Shown piece after piece: positions 1 through 9,620 of a DNA stretch of 64,000 nucleotides. The DNA is taken from positions 21,577-85,576 of the forward strand of contig JAFUDT010000013.1 of the NCBI GenBank assembly GCA_017464285.1. The letters are read 5' to 3'. Each line of letters starts with the position of its first letter. Position 1 is the first letter of the stretch. Made by a program: the position numbers and the translations under genes. The notes beneath the pieces are model-generated. The model was not told the DNA's origin. It did not search any database and saw nothing but the letters and a program-made list of their open reading frames with translations. The DNA is from Bacteroidales bacterium. Its GTDB lineage: Bacteria; Bacteroidota; Bacteroidia; Bacteroidales; UBA1402.

Positions 1-1
1 G

Positions 2-1003
2 GGTTTTTATCTGCCCAAGAACTTTAATTCGCCCTACAAGGCCACCAATGCCGGTAACTTCTGGAAACGCTGGCATATCTCCCTGTCCCGCTGGTTGCAG
101 GACTATCTGTATATACCGCTGGGCGGCAGCCGGAATGCCACTTTCGGCACCTGGTTCTGGATTATTGCCATCTCGGCCGTCGCTGTCATGCTCAGCCGCA
201 GCATCTGGCTGCTGGTCGCCATCGTAGTCGTGCTGGGAACAGCCCTGCTGCGCTCGTGGCACCGACCCGACAGGCGACTTCGGCTGACGACCCATATCAA
301 CACGATGAACACCATGCTGCTGGGCGGTCTGTGGCATGGCGCCAGCCTGAATTTCGTCATCTGGGGCGGCCTGAACGGCCTGGGTGTCGTGGTCTATAAA
401 TATTGGAAAACCTGGTCGCCGGCCAGACGTGCCCTTGTCCTGAGCCTGCTCTTTGCCCTGCTCTTTGTGCTGAACGTCTTTGTCTGTCCAGGACCACTGC
501 TCAATATCGCCCTGGTATGGTTGGGCACGGTCACCGTGGTGACGCTTGTCCGCTATGTCTATTCTTTGTTTGAACAGCTTGTGCCGGGCATTCCCCAGAC
601 CTTCCTGAATTCGGAAAAAGGGCTGGGAATGGTCTGGGGAGTCTTGCAGACCTTTGTTTTCGTTACTTTTACCCGACTGTTCTTCCGCTCCGGCTCCAAC
701 TTGGATCCGGCTGAAGCCAACCGTATCGCCTGGGAGACGGCCACGGACATGATCCGTCAGATAGGCAGCCGTTGGAACTTAGTCGTCATTCCGCAGATTC
801 TTTACCAATACCGGACTGTCTTTCTCATGTTCGCGGCCGGTATGATCATCCATTGGTTGCCCGAGCGCTTCAAACGCCGTTATCGTCTGTGGTTTGCCCG
901 TCTGCCGCTGCCCGTGATGATCCTGGCTGTGGTGGCAGTTGTCTTTGTGGTATATCAGTTCATTACCTCCGATCTGCAGGCGTTTATCTACTTCCAGTTC
1001 TGA
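2..1003 (+). CDS. MBOAT family O-acyltransferase (AlgI/DltB-like), 5' truncated by window edge
   Basis: Frame open from position 2: GFYLPKNFNSPYKATNAGNFWKRWHISLSRWLQDYLYIPLGG, later LLGGLWHGASLNFVIWG, C-terminal FIYFQF. These are typical AlgI-type MBOAT motifs. Confidence 0.9.
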   Translation, partial: GFYLPKNFNSPYKATNAGNFWKRWHISLSRWLQDYLYIPLGGSRNATFGTWFWIIAISAVAVMLSRSIWLLVAIVVVLGTALLRSWHRPDRRLRLTTHINTMNTMLLGGLWHGASLNFVIWGGLNGLGVVVYKYWKTWSPARRALVLSLLFALLFVLNVFVCPGPLLNIALVWLGTVTVVTLVRYVYSLFEQLVPGIPQTFLNSEKGLGMVWGVLQTFVFVTFTRLFFRSGSNLDPAEANRIAWETATDMIRQIGSRWNLVVIPQILYQYRTVFLMFAAGMIIHWLPERFKRRYRLWFARLPLPVMILAVVAVVFVVYQFITSDLQAFIYFQF

Positions 1004-1048
1004 TTCCGCTGCAATATCCGGCTCCTCTGTCCGTTAATATAAACAGTC

Positions 1049-2338
1049 ATGAAGATGAAAGTATGCCTTTTACTACTGCTCTCGCTGCTGCTGCCCATGT
1101 CGTCGGCTGCGGAGAGCGCCTACCGCACCCTCACCTTGGACGGGCGTTACAGGACTTTGCAGGTATATCCGGCAAATTCGCCGGCTCAGGCTCCGGTTAT
1201 TCCCCTGCAGGGGCAGGAGCGGATACAGATCGGTTTTGACGAGCTTTCGCATGATTATCACCGTCTGACCTATCGGGTGATTCACTGCAACGCCGACTGG
1301 ACCCGTTCCGAGCTGAACGAACTGGAGTATATGGCAGGCTTTACGCAGAACGATGTGCCCGAAGGCACTCCCTCAATGGGGACCCATGCCGAATATACAC
1401 ATTACAGCCTTGTTCTGCCCAATGAACAGGTGCAGCTGAAGCTCTCGGGCAACTATGCGGTCGAAATCACCGACCGCGACGAACCTGAGGCCGGACCGTT
1501 GCTGTGGGCCTGCTTTTCCCTGCTCGACCGTCAGGTGGGTATCGACGCCGGCGTGAGCACCCTGACCGATGCCGGCTACCGGAGCGAGACCCAGCAGTTG
1601 GAGTTTGAACTGAAAACAGGTTTCGCCAGTATAGAACGGCCGGATACCGACCTGAAAATCCTGGTGCGTCAGAACCGTCGGACCGACAATCAGGTGGTGG
1701 GCGTGCGTCCCAGCATGGCCGGATCCGGCGTCATCCATTATCAGCACCGTCCGGAACTGATTTTTGACGGAGGAAATGAATATCGCCGCTGTGACTTTTC
1801 CTCCTACAAACTGGGCGGGCTCAACATTGACCGCATCGTTTATCAGAAACCTTATTACCATGCCTTGCTTTTCCGGGCTGAGCCCCGGCTGACGGGATAT
1901 ACTTACGATGAGGACCAGAACGGCCGCTATCTGACCGACACGCGGCAGGGCAGGGAAGAAGTCGATGTCAGGGCCGACTATTTCTGGGTCCATTTCAGTC
2001 TGGCACTGCCCCGGCCGCTGGAACGGGGTGCCCTCTATCTGTTGGGTGAAATGACCGAGAACCGCATTGACGAGGAAACCCGCCTGGACTACAATGACGA
2101 GACGGGCTGTTACGAACAGCAACTGTTTCTCAAGCAGGGAATCTGCAATTATCTGTTCATGTATGCCGATTCTACGGAGACGGGAGATGCCGCCTGGAAC
2201 GCCCCCTTGTCCTCTCGGCCGGCAGAGGGCAGTTATTGGGCCACAGAGAACGGATATCAGATATTTGTCTATTACCGTCCTTTCGGAGCCCGCTACGACC
2301 GGCTGATCGGCTATACTGAAATCAGCTCGCGGCAATAG
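1049..2338 (+). CDS. DUF5103 / type IX secretion system plug-type protein
   Basis: Signal peptide; motifs FDEL..YRVIHCNADW, LSGNY, GGNEYR, LKQG..NY, EGSYWATEN.Y...VYYRPFGARYDRLIG match the Bacteroidota DUF5103 family as I recall it. Confidence 0.8.
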   Translation: MKMKVCLLLLLSLLLPMSSAAESAYRTLTLDGRYRTLQVYPANSPAQAPVIPLQGQERIQIGFDELSHDYHRLTYRVIHCNADWTRSELNELEYMAGFTQNDVPEGTPSMGTHAEYTHYSLVLPNEQVQLKLSGNYAVEITDRDEPEAGPLLWACFSLLDRQVGIDAGVSTLTDAGYRSETQQLEFELKTGFASIERPDTDLKILVRQNRRTDNQVVGVRPSMAGSGVIHYQHRPELIFDGGNEYRRCDFSSYKLGGLNIDRIVYQKPYYHALLFRAEPRLTGYTYDEDQNGRYLTDTRQGREEVDVRADYFWVHFSLALPRPLERGALYLLGEMTENRIDEETRLDYNDETGCYEQQLFLKQGICNYLFMYADSTETGDAAWNAPLSSRPAEGSYWATENGYQIFVYYRPFGARYDRLIGYTEISSRQ

Positions 2339-2382
2339 CCCATGTGTTTTGCCCTGGTTTTCTCCTGAGGCAGCTTGTGATA

Positions 2383-2425
2383 ACAGTCAGGGTGACCGAT
2401 ATCCGATATCGGTCACCCTGACTGT
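2383..2425. terminator. Perfect 21-bp inverted repeat between convergent genes; probable bidirectional terminator
   Basis: acagtcagggtgaccgatatc-c-gatatcggtcaccctgactgt, between stops at 2338 (+) and 2444 (-). Confidence 0.7.
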
Positions 2426-2443
2426 ATAAGTGTGTGCGGATGC

Positions 2444-3712
2444 TTAGCTGAAATTGGCCAGCAGATACTGCTCGGCCTCGAGGTTCCACAATCCCTTGTG
2501 GGCCTGGCAGATCTCGTTGAGCCGTGCGAAGCGCGGGTCTTTTTTGCCCAGTTCGGCAAAGTCGGCAATGGGTGTCAAAGGTAGCTCAATATGATTGTAT
2601 ATCAGCTTCTTGCCACCGGGTATCTCCGGCAGGTGCAGTGTGGCCTGCGGCACGGCGTTCAGGCCGCCGATGTGTGTGACCAGCCCGGCGGGATCCATGC
2701 CTTTGCCCATCAGATAGAGCGCTTCGAGCATATCGTCGGTGTTGCCTCCGCTGGTGCCTACCACGTGGGTGTAGGCATAGTGGACATTGTAGAAATTGAA
2801 CATGGCGCTGAAATCGGGTCTGCCCGGGCCGGCAAAGAAGTTCAGGCAGCCGTCGAAGGACAGGATGGCGTCGGCCTGCTCAGCCACCGCGCGAACCGGA
2901 GCAAAGCAGAACACATCGTTGAAGCCGGTACCGCCGCTCAGGGCTTTCAGCTCGGATACGGGATCCTCCATCTTGCCGGTGTTGACATATTTCAGCTCAA
3001 TGCCGCGTGAAGCGGCAAATTCCGGGGTATAGAGCGATGCGGCCCTGTCCAGTCTGGCCTGGTCCATGTCGGTGACCACCAGCAGCGAGGGATGCCGGTC
3101 TTCGCGGTGCAGCACATAGTTGATGGCTGCCAGCCCCATGGGACCCACACCGGCCAGGATGGCCATTTTACCGTTCTCGACGATTTCCATTTTATGGACA
3201 TACTTGCCAGGGGTGGTATGGTAGTTGGCATGCATTGCGCCGATGACGCAACTCAACGGCTCCGACAGGGAGGCCGGGTAGTACCCCTCGCCCTTGTAGG
3301 GCAGCAGGCAGCCCTGCTGCATGACTTCGTTGGGGATGATGACATAGGTGGCGTCACCGCCGATATAGCGGTAGGAGTATCCCGGGGCGCTCAGGACTCC
3401 GGCAGGCCCTTGCTCGTAGTTCAGTGCCGGCTGGATGGAAAATTTGTCGCCGGCCTTGAACTGCCCGGCCCACTTGGCTCCGACCTCGATGAACTCTCCG
3501 GCAAACTCGTGGCCGATGATGACCGGATTGTCTGCTACGTTATTGGGAACTCTCTTGTGGTCTCCTCCCTGGTTGACGGCTTTGTAGGAAGACATGCAGA
3601 GGCTGTCGCAGACAACCTTGGCCAGTATTTCGTCCTCCTTGATGGCAGGCAGTTCATAGCTTTCCAGCCTAAGATCCTGCTTGCCATATAAACGTACGGC
3701 TTTTGCTATCAT
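2444..3712 (-). CDS. Zinc-binding MDR dehydrogenase, L-sorbose-1-phosphate reductase (SorE)-like
   Basis: AVRLYGKQDLRLE, DSLCMSSYK, IIGHEFAG, EPLSCV, GVGPMG, GTSGGNTDDM, GGKKLIY; ATG at 3712 chosen. Confidence 0.8.
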   Translation of the reverse strand: MIAKAVRLYGKQDLRLESYELPAIKEDEILAKVVCDSLCMSSYKAVNQGGDHKRVPNNVADNPVIIGHEFAGEFIEVGAKWAGQFKAGDKFSIQPALNYEQGPAGVLSAPGYSYRYIGGDATYVIIPNEVMQQGCLLPYKGEGYYPASLSEPLSCVIGAMHANYHTTPGKYVHKMEIVENGKMAILAGVGPMGLAAINYVLHREDRHPSLLVVTDMDQARLDRAASLYTPEFAASRGIELKYVNTGKMEDPVSELKALSGGTGFNDVFCFAPVRAVAEQADAILSFDGCLNFFAGPGRPDFSAMFNFYNVHYAYTHVVGTSGGNTDDMLEALYLMGKGMDPAGLVTHIGGLNAVPQATLHLPEIPGGKKLIYNHIELPLTPIADFAELGKKDPRFARLNEICQAHKGLWNLEAEQYLLANFS

Positions 3713-3831
3713 AAACACTTGTTTTTTATTGACTGCGAAGATACTGCAAAGCAGTAAGATTCCAAAATATATTTTATCTCGTTTTTCTGCTTTTTTCTTG
3801 GAAAAACCATGGAGCGCATATATAAATTGAT

Positions 3832-3839
3832 TACCTTTG
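3832..3839 (+). promoter_or_regulatory. Bacteroidota sigma-A -7 box (TACCTTTG) for purH-mre operon
   Basis: Matches TAnnTTTG, 34 nt before the purH ATG in an AT-rich intergenic region. Confidence 0.7.
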
Positions 3840-3873
3840 CCTGAGAGACGAATAATGATTTATATAATAACAT

Positions 3874-5400
3874 ATGTCTGAATACAAGAGAATTAGTAAA
3901 GCTTTGGTCTCGGTCTTCCACAAGGAGGGCCTCGATGAAATCCTTCGCAGACTCCATGACGAAGGCGTCGGATTCATTTCGACGGGCGGAACCTGCCAGT
4001 TTATTGAATCGCTGGGATATCCCTGTGACAAGGTCGAAGACCTGACGGGCTATCCTTCCATTCTGGGCGGTCGGGTCAAGACGCTGCATCCCAAAGTCTT
4101 CGGCGGCATTCTGAACCGCCGTGACGAGGCCGGTGACCAACAGCAGTGCGCCGAATACGAGATTCCAGCCATTGACCTTGTCATTGTCGATTTATATCCC
4201 TTCGAAGCCACTGTCGCTTCCGGAGCCAGTGCGGAGGATATCATCGAAAAAATCGATATCGGCGGCATCTCCCTGATCCGTGCCGCTGCCAAGAATTTCC
4301 AGGATGTGGTCATTGTGGCTTCCAAGGCCCAGTATGCAGCCTTGCTGGACATTCTCAACGAAAAAGGCGCCCAGACCTCTCTGGAGGAACGCAAATGGTT
4401 TGCCAAGGAGGCCTTTAAGGTCTCTTCGGGTTACGATACCCATATCTTCAACTGGTTCGATCAGGACAGCACCCCCTCGGCCTTCCGCTGTGCCGTGGAC
4501 AGCACGCGTCAGCTCCGCTACGGCGAGAATCCTCACCAGCAGGCTCAGTTCTATGGCGATTTTGAGGAAATGTTCGAGCAGCTGCAGGGCAAGGAGATAT
4601 CCTACAACAACCTGCTTGACATCGATGCGGCAGTCTCGCTCATCAATGAATTCTCCGAGCCCAGCTTTGTCATCATCAAGCACAACAATGCCTGTGGGGT
4701 GGCTTCCCGTCCTACTCTGATAGAGGCTTGGAAAGCGGCCTTGGCCGGCGATCCGGTGTCGGCCTTCGGCGGCATTTTTGCAGCCAACCGTCCGGTCGAC
4801 AAGCAGACGGCTGAGGAAATCAACAAGCTGTTCTTCGAGGTGATTATCGCACCCGACTACGATGCCGATGCCTTGGCCGTCCTTTCCCAGAAGAAAAACC
4901 GTATCATTCTGATTCAGAAAGATGCCGCTGTCCCGGCCCGCCAGTTCCGCTCCATGCTCAACGGCGTACTGGTACAAGATAGGGACCTGCATACCGAGAG
5001 TGCCGACCAGCTGCATGCCGTCACCCGGAAGAAGGCAACCGACAAGCAGATCGACGATCTGCTGTTCGCCAACATCATCGTCAAGCACAATAAGTCGAAC
5101 GCCATCGTGCTGGCCAAGGACAGACAGCTCTGCGCCTCAGGCGTGGGTCAGACCTCCCGTGTGGATGCCCTGCGTCAGGCTATCGACAAGGCTGTCTCCT
5201 TCGGCTTCGACCTGAACGGTGCAGTCATGGCTTCCGATGCTTTCTTCCCTTTCCCCGACTGCGTGGAGATTGCCCACAAGGCCGGCATTCAGGCGGTGAT
5301 TCATCCCGGCGGTTCAATCAACGACAAACTGTCGGTGGAATACTGCGATGCCAACGACATGGCCATGGTGACCACCGGTTACAGACATTTCAAACATTAA
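3874..5400 (+). CDS. purH: Bifunctional AICAR transformylase/IMP cyclohydrolase
   Basis: ALVSVFHK, ISTGGT, GGRVKTLHP, IDIGG, LRYGENPHQ, ASDAFFPF, GYRHFKH. Confidence 0.98.
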   Translation: MSEYKRISKALVSVFHKEGLDEILRRLHDEGVGFISTGGTCQFIESLGYPCDKVEDLTGYPSILGGRVKTLHPKVFGGILNRRDEAGDQQQCAEYEIPAIDLVIVDLYPFEATVASGASAEDIIEKIDIGGISLIRAAAKNFQDVVIVASKAQYAALLDILNEKGAQTSLEERKWFAKEAFKVSSGYDTHIFNWFDQDSTPSAFRCAVDSTRQLRYGENPHQQAQFYGDFEEMFEQLQGKEISYNNLLDIDAAVSLINEFSEPSFVIIKHNNACGVASRPTLIEAWKAALAGDPVSAFGGIFAANRPVDKQTAEEINKLFFEVIIAPDYDADALAVLSQKKNRIILIQKDAAVPARQFRSMLNGVLVQDRDLHTESADQLHAVTRKKATDKQIDDLLFANIIVKHNKSNAIVLAKDRQLCASGVGQTSRVDALRQAIDKAVSFGFDLNGAVMASDAFFPFPDCVEIAHKAGIQAVIHPGGSINDKLSVEYCDANDMAMVTTGYRHFKH

Positions 5401-5413
5401 AAACACACGATTC

Positions 5414-6433
5414 ATGGGACTTTTTTCCTTTACACAAAAAATAGCGATGGACCTGGGTACCGCCAACACCGTTATCCTGCATAACGACAAGGTGGTCATC
5501 GACGAACCCAGTGTCGTGGCGCTTGACAGCAAGACGGGCAAGACCCTGGCTGTCGGCGAGCAGGCGCGTCTGATGCACGAAAAGACCAATGAGAACATCC
5601 GGACGGTACGCCCGCTGCGCGACGGTGTGATTGCCGACTTCTATGCTGCCGAGCAGATGATCCGGGGCTTCATCAAGAAAGTGAACCCTCACAGCGGCGG
5701 CCTGTTCTCTTCGCTGCGCATGGTGGTCTGCATCCCCTCCGGATCGACCGAGGTGGAGATCCGTGCCGTGCGTGATTCGGCCGAACATGTAGGCGGCCGG
5801 GAAGTCTATATGATATACGAGCCGATGGCGGCCGCCATCGGTATCGGCATCGATGTGGAGGCCCCCGAAGGCAACATGATTGTCGATATCGGCGGCGGAA
5901 CGACCGAAATCGCCGTTATTTCACTGGGAGGCATCGTGGCCAACGAGTCGATACGTATCGCCGGCGATGATTTTACAGCCGATATCCAGGAATATATGCG
6001 TCGCCAGCACAACCTGCGCATCGGCGAACGCACCGCAGAGCAGATCAAGCTGCATGTCGGCTCGGCCATGACCGAGCTGGACAATCCCCCGGAGGATTAC
6101 CTTGTACGCGGACCCAACCAGATGACGGCCCTGCCTATGGAGGTGCCCGTGTCGTATGTGGAGATTTCCCACTGTCTGGAAAAGTCCATCTCCAAGGTGG
6201 AGACAGCCGTGCTGAATGCTCTGGAGAAAACCCCGCCCGAACTGTATGCCGACATCGTCCGCAACGGCATTTATCTGACCGGCGGCGGTGCCTTGTTGCG
6301 TGGACTGGCCCAACGGCTGACCAACAAGATCAATATCCCGTTCATCGTACCGGAAGATCCTCTGCATGCCGTGGCCAACGGCACGAGTGTCGCCCTGAAG
6401 CATGTTGACAAGTATAACTTCCTGCTTCGCTGA
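5414..6433 (+). CDS. mreB: Rod shape-determining protein MreB
   Basis: DLGTANT, RPLRDGVIAD, EPMAAAIG, DIGGGTTE, LTGGGALL. Confidence 0.98.
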   Translation: MGLFSFTQKIAMDLGTANTVILHNDKVVIDEPSVVALDSKTGKTLAVGEQARLMHEKTNENIRTVRPLRDGVIADFYAAEQMIRGFIKKVNPHSGGLFSSLRMVVCIPSGSTEVEIRAVRDSAEHVGGREVYMIYEPMAAAIGIGIDVEAPEGNMIVDIGGGTTEIAVISLGGIVANESIRIAGDDFTADIQEYMRRQHNLRIGERTAEQIKLHVGSAMTELDNPPEDYLVRGPNQMTALPMEVPVSYVEISHCLEKSISKVETAVLNALEKTPPELYADIVRNGIYLTGGGALLRGLAQRLTNKINIPFIVPEDPLHAVANGTSVALKHVDKYNFLLR

Positions 6434-7260
6434 TGCACTCGCTGATACAGTTCCTGCTACGTTTTGGCAATACGCTGTTGTTCGTCGTTCTGGAAATCAT
6501 CGCCCTGGTGCTGCTGTTCCGGTATAACGATTTTCATCAGAGCATTGCCCTTTCTTCGGCCAACTGTATCAACGGCAGAATCTATGAAACCAGGGAACAG
6601 GTGACAGGCTATTTCCAGCTCCGTGAGAAAAACACGCTGCTATGGCAGCAGAACGGAGTCCTGGAAAAGCGTGTGGCGGCTTTGGAGGCCGCTCTTCGTC
6701 AGTATGAGCTGGAGGAAAGACCTTTGAATGGGGCGGAGGATTTTGATTATATTTATGCCAGAGTGTTGAAGAACAGCGTAATACAGCTGGCTAACACTTT
6801 TACGCTGAATGTCGGCCGGGCCGACGGTGTGGAGCCGGGGATGGGCATATCCGCCCCAGAAGGTATCGCCGGCATTGTTTCGGCCTGTTCTGAACATTAT
6901 TCCGTGGCTGTTTCCCTGCTCAATGTCAATGCCCATTACAGTTGCAAGGTGAAGCATACCGATGTGGTCGGTTCTCTCACCTGGTACGGTGGCGATACCC
7001 GCTACGGCCTGTTGGAGGAGCTGCCGGGCTACCAGATGTGGAATGTGGGCGATACGATAGTGACCAGCGGTTTTTCCAATTCGTTTCCCGAAGGACTGCC
7101 GGTGGGATGCATCGAATCCTTCGACAAGACTACGGCCGACAATTTCTACACGGCCCGTATCCGCCTGTTTACCAGTTTTGAGTCGCTGGCCGACGTGCGT
7201 ATCATGTACAGGACCAATTATCGCGAACAGCAGGAGCTGGAGGAGGAGGCTGTCAGATGA
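6433..7260 (+). CDS. mreC: Rod shape-determining protein MreC
   Basis: N-terminal TM, coiled coil, G..DGV..GM, GDTIVTSG..FPEGLPVG; follows mreB. Confidence 0.95.
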   Translation: MHSLIQFLLRFGNTLLFVVLEIIALVLLFRYNDFHQSIALSSANCINGRIYETREQVTGYFQLREKNTLLWQQNGVLEKRVAALEAALRQYELEERPLNGAEDFDYIYARVLKNSVIQLANTFTLNVGRADGVEPGMGISAPEGIAGIVSACSEHYSVAVSLLNVNAHYSCKVKHTDVVGSLTWYGGDTRYGLLEELPGYQMWNVGDTIVTSGFSNSFPEGLPVGCIESFDKTTADNFYTARIRLFTSFESLADVRIMYRTNYREQQELEEEAVR

Positions 7261-7751
7261 ACCGGATTGTACTCAAACACTTGGCCATAGCCGTTTTTCT
7301 GGTGCTGCTTCAGGCACTGGTGCTGCAGTATGCCGGGTTTCTGTCCTTCGTCCCGCTGGCCTATATCTATGCGGTGCTCATCTGGCCGACCGATACGCCG
7401 GTCTGGCAGGCCCTGCTGCTGGGATTTCTGATGGGACTGGCCCTGGACATCCTGCTGGATACTCCGGGCATGCACGCTGCTGCCACCACTTTTGCCGTCT
7501 ATCTGCGCCGTCCGCTGCTGCGTACATTCCTGAGCAAGGATGAGACCGAAGGAATGGAACCCGGCGAGAAAAGCATGGGTTTCATGAGCTTCTGGAAATA
7601 TTCCCTGTCGATGATCGTCTGTCATCATTTTACACTTTACCTGATCGAGTCGTTTTCGTGGACCGACCCTGTGAGGATACTGCTCAGTGTACTGGTCAGT
7701 ACGGTCCTGACAGCTCTGTTGGTCTTCTTTTTCGAACGTTTCCGCAGATAA
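7257..7751 (+). CDS. mreD: Rod shape-determining protein MreD
   Basis: Hydrophobic 164 aa with GFLMGLALDI..TPGMHAAA; lies between mreC and PBP2. Confidence 0.9.
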   Translation: MNRIVLKHLAIAVFLVLLQALVLQYAGFLSFVPLAYIYAVLIWPTDTPVWQALLLGFLMGLALDILLDTPGMHAAATTFAVYLRRPLLRTFLSKDETEGMEPGEKSMGFMSFWKYSLSMIVCHHFTLYLIESFSWTDPVRILLSVLVSTVLTALLVFFFERFRR

Positions 7752-7763
7752 AGTGCAGCAACC

Positions 7764-9620
7764 ATGGCCACAGACAAGAACTATGAACGCCGGGGAACGA
7801 CCCTCCTGATCATCATTGCCCTGACAGTGGTGCTCTATCTGGTGCGTTTGGTCCATTTGCAGCTACTGTCCGACGAATACGACAAATATGCCGACAGCAA
7901 TGCCCAGTTTCGCAAAGTCATCTATCCCGAACGGGGCATCATATACGACCGCAACGGCAAGGTGGTAGTGTATAATTCAGCCTTCTACGATCTGATGGTC
8001 ACCACCCGTGAAATGAAAGGGCTGGACACCCTGGATTTCTGTCGCACTCTGGATATCACCCGCGAATATTTTGAAAAACGGATGACCGACCTGCGCAACC
8101 GTCGGCTGAATCCGGGTTTCTCGACCTATACCCCGCAACTGTTCATGTCGCAGCTCACCGTGGAACAATACGGCCCACTGCAGGAAAAGCTGTTCCGTTT
8201 TCCGGGATTCAGCATCCGGAAACGCTCCCTGAGGTCCTACACCCGTCCCGTGGCAGCCCATGCCCTGGGCTATGTGGCCGAGGTCAACCGCCGCGATATC
8301 GAAGAAGACAGCTACTATACCAGCGGCGACTACAGCGGTCGTTCGGGCATCGAAAAAATGTACGAACGTCAGCTGCGCGGCGAGAAGGGCTACGAGATCT
8401 ATTTGCGCGACGTGCACGGCCGCATCAAAAAATCGTTCAACGAAGGGCGTCGCGATCTGGCACCGGTCTCGGGCAGGGATCTGATGCTTTCGCTCGACCT
8501 CGACCTGCAGGAATATGCCGAGCAACTGATGGTCAACAAACGCGGTGCCGTGGTTGCCTTAGAACCGAAAACAGGCGAGATCCTGGCCTACGTCTCGGCA
8601 CCGACCTATGATCCCAATCTCCTGGTGGGCAACCAGCGGGCGGCCAACTACCGTGAACTGGAAGCTTCACCTTACAAGGTCTTCCTGAATCGTCCCATCC
8701 AGTCGTTCTATCCTCCTGGCTCCACCTTCAAGCCTCTCCAGGCTCTGGTGCTGCAGCAGGAAAAAATCATCACCCCACGGACCGAATATGCCTGTCACAA
8801 CGGCTATGCCTTTGCCGGCATGAAACTGGGCTGTCATTCGCACCGCTCTCCGCTTGACCTGACATCGGCCATAGCCACTTCCTGCAACGCCTATTTTGCC
8901 GCTGCCTACCGCGCCATGATAGATGACCGTAAATACGGATCTTCCCAGGCTGCCCTGGATGTCTGGCGCGAACACGTCATGTCCTTTGGCTATGGCGCCC
9001 GCCTGGGGGTGGATATGGCCTACGAGCAGTCGGGTATGATTCCTTCTTCCGAGTTCTACAATCGTGTCTATGGCAACCGTTCGTGGAAGGGCTCGACGAT
9101 CATTTCCAATTCCATCGGACAGGGCGAGGTGTTGGCAACTCCTTTGCAGATTGCCAATTTCTGTGCCACGATCTGCAACCGGGGATGGTATTATACTCCG
9201 CATATTGTCAAGGAAATAGAGGGCGAAGCCTTGGACGGGAAATACACCCTCAGACATCAGGTTAGTGTCTCGCCGGAGTATTTCGAGTCTGTTATTCAGG
9301 GAATGCGGGCATCGGTGACGGAGAGCATAGGTACATCCAAGGGGGTGGCCATCCCTGGCATAGAGGTCTGCGGCAAGACCGGCACGGCCGAGAACAAAGG
9401 GGTGGATCATTCCATTTTCATGTGTTTCGCCCCCATGGACGATCCCAAGATATGTATGTTGGTCTTCATTGAGAACGGAGGTTTCGGTGCCACCTGGGCT
9501 GTCCCCATGGCCAGCCTGCTGCTCGAGAAATACCTGAAAGGAAGCATAGCCGACAACCGCCGGTGGATGGAGACCAGATTGTTGAACGCAAATTTGATGG
9601 AAGTTGAACCAAAGGACTGA
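7764..9620 (+). CDS. mrdA: Penicillin-binding protein 2
   Basis: PERGIIYDRNG, YPPGSTFK (SxxK), SCN (SxN), KTGTAE (KTG). Confidence 0.96.
   Translation: MATDKNYERRGTTLLIIIALTVVLYLVRLVHLQLLSDEYDKYADSNAQFRKVIYPERGIIYDRNGKVVVYNSAFYDLMVTTREMKGLDTLDFCRTLDITREYFEKRMTDLRNRRLNPGFSTYTPQLFMSQLTVEQYGPLQEKLFRFPGFSIRKRSLRSYTRPVAAHALGYVAEVNRRDIEEDSYYTSGDYSGRSGIEKMYERQLRGEKGYEIYLRDVHGRIKKSFNEGRRDLAPVSGRDLMLSLDLDLQEYAEQLMVNKRGAVVALEPKTGEILAYVSAPTYDPNLLVGNQRAANYRELEASPYKVFLNRPIQSFYPPGSTFKPLQALVLQQEKIITPRTEYACHNGYAFAGMKLGCHSHRSPLDLTSAIATSCNAYFAAAYRAMIDDRKYGSSQAALDVWREHVMSFGYGARLGVDMAYEQSGMIPSSEFYNRVYGNRSWKGSTIISNSIGQGEVLATPLQIANFCATICNRGWYYTPHIVKEIEGEALDGKYTLRHQVSVSPEYFESVIQGMRASVTESIGTSKGVAIPGIEVCGKTGTAENKGVDHSIFMCFAPMDDPKICMLVFIENGGFGATWAVPMASLLLEKYLKGSIADNRRWMETRLLNANLMEVEPKD

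Noticed and set aside
3840-3873. ZTP or purine riboswitch upstream of purH; attenuator upstream of ilvD
   Set aside because: Predicted leaders are only about 30-45 nt and AT-rich, with no aptamer, leader peptide or terminator.
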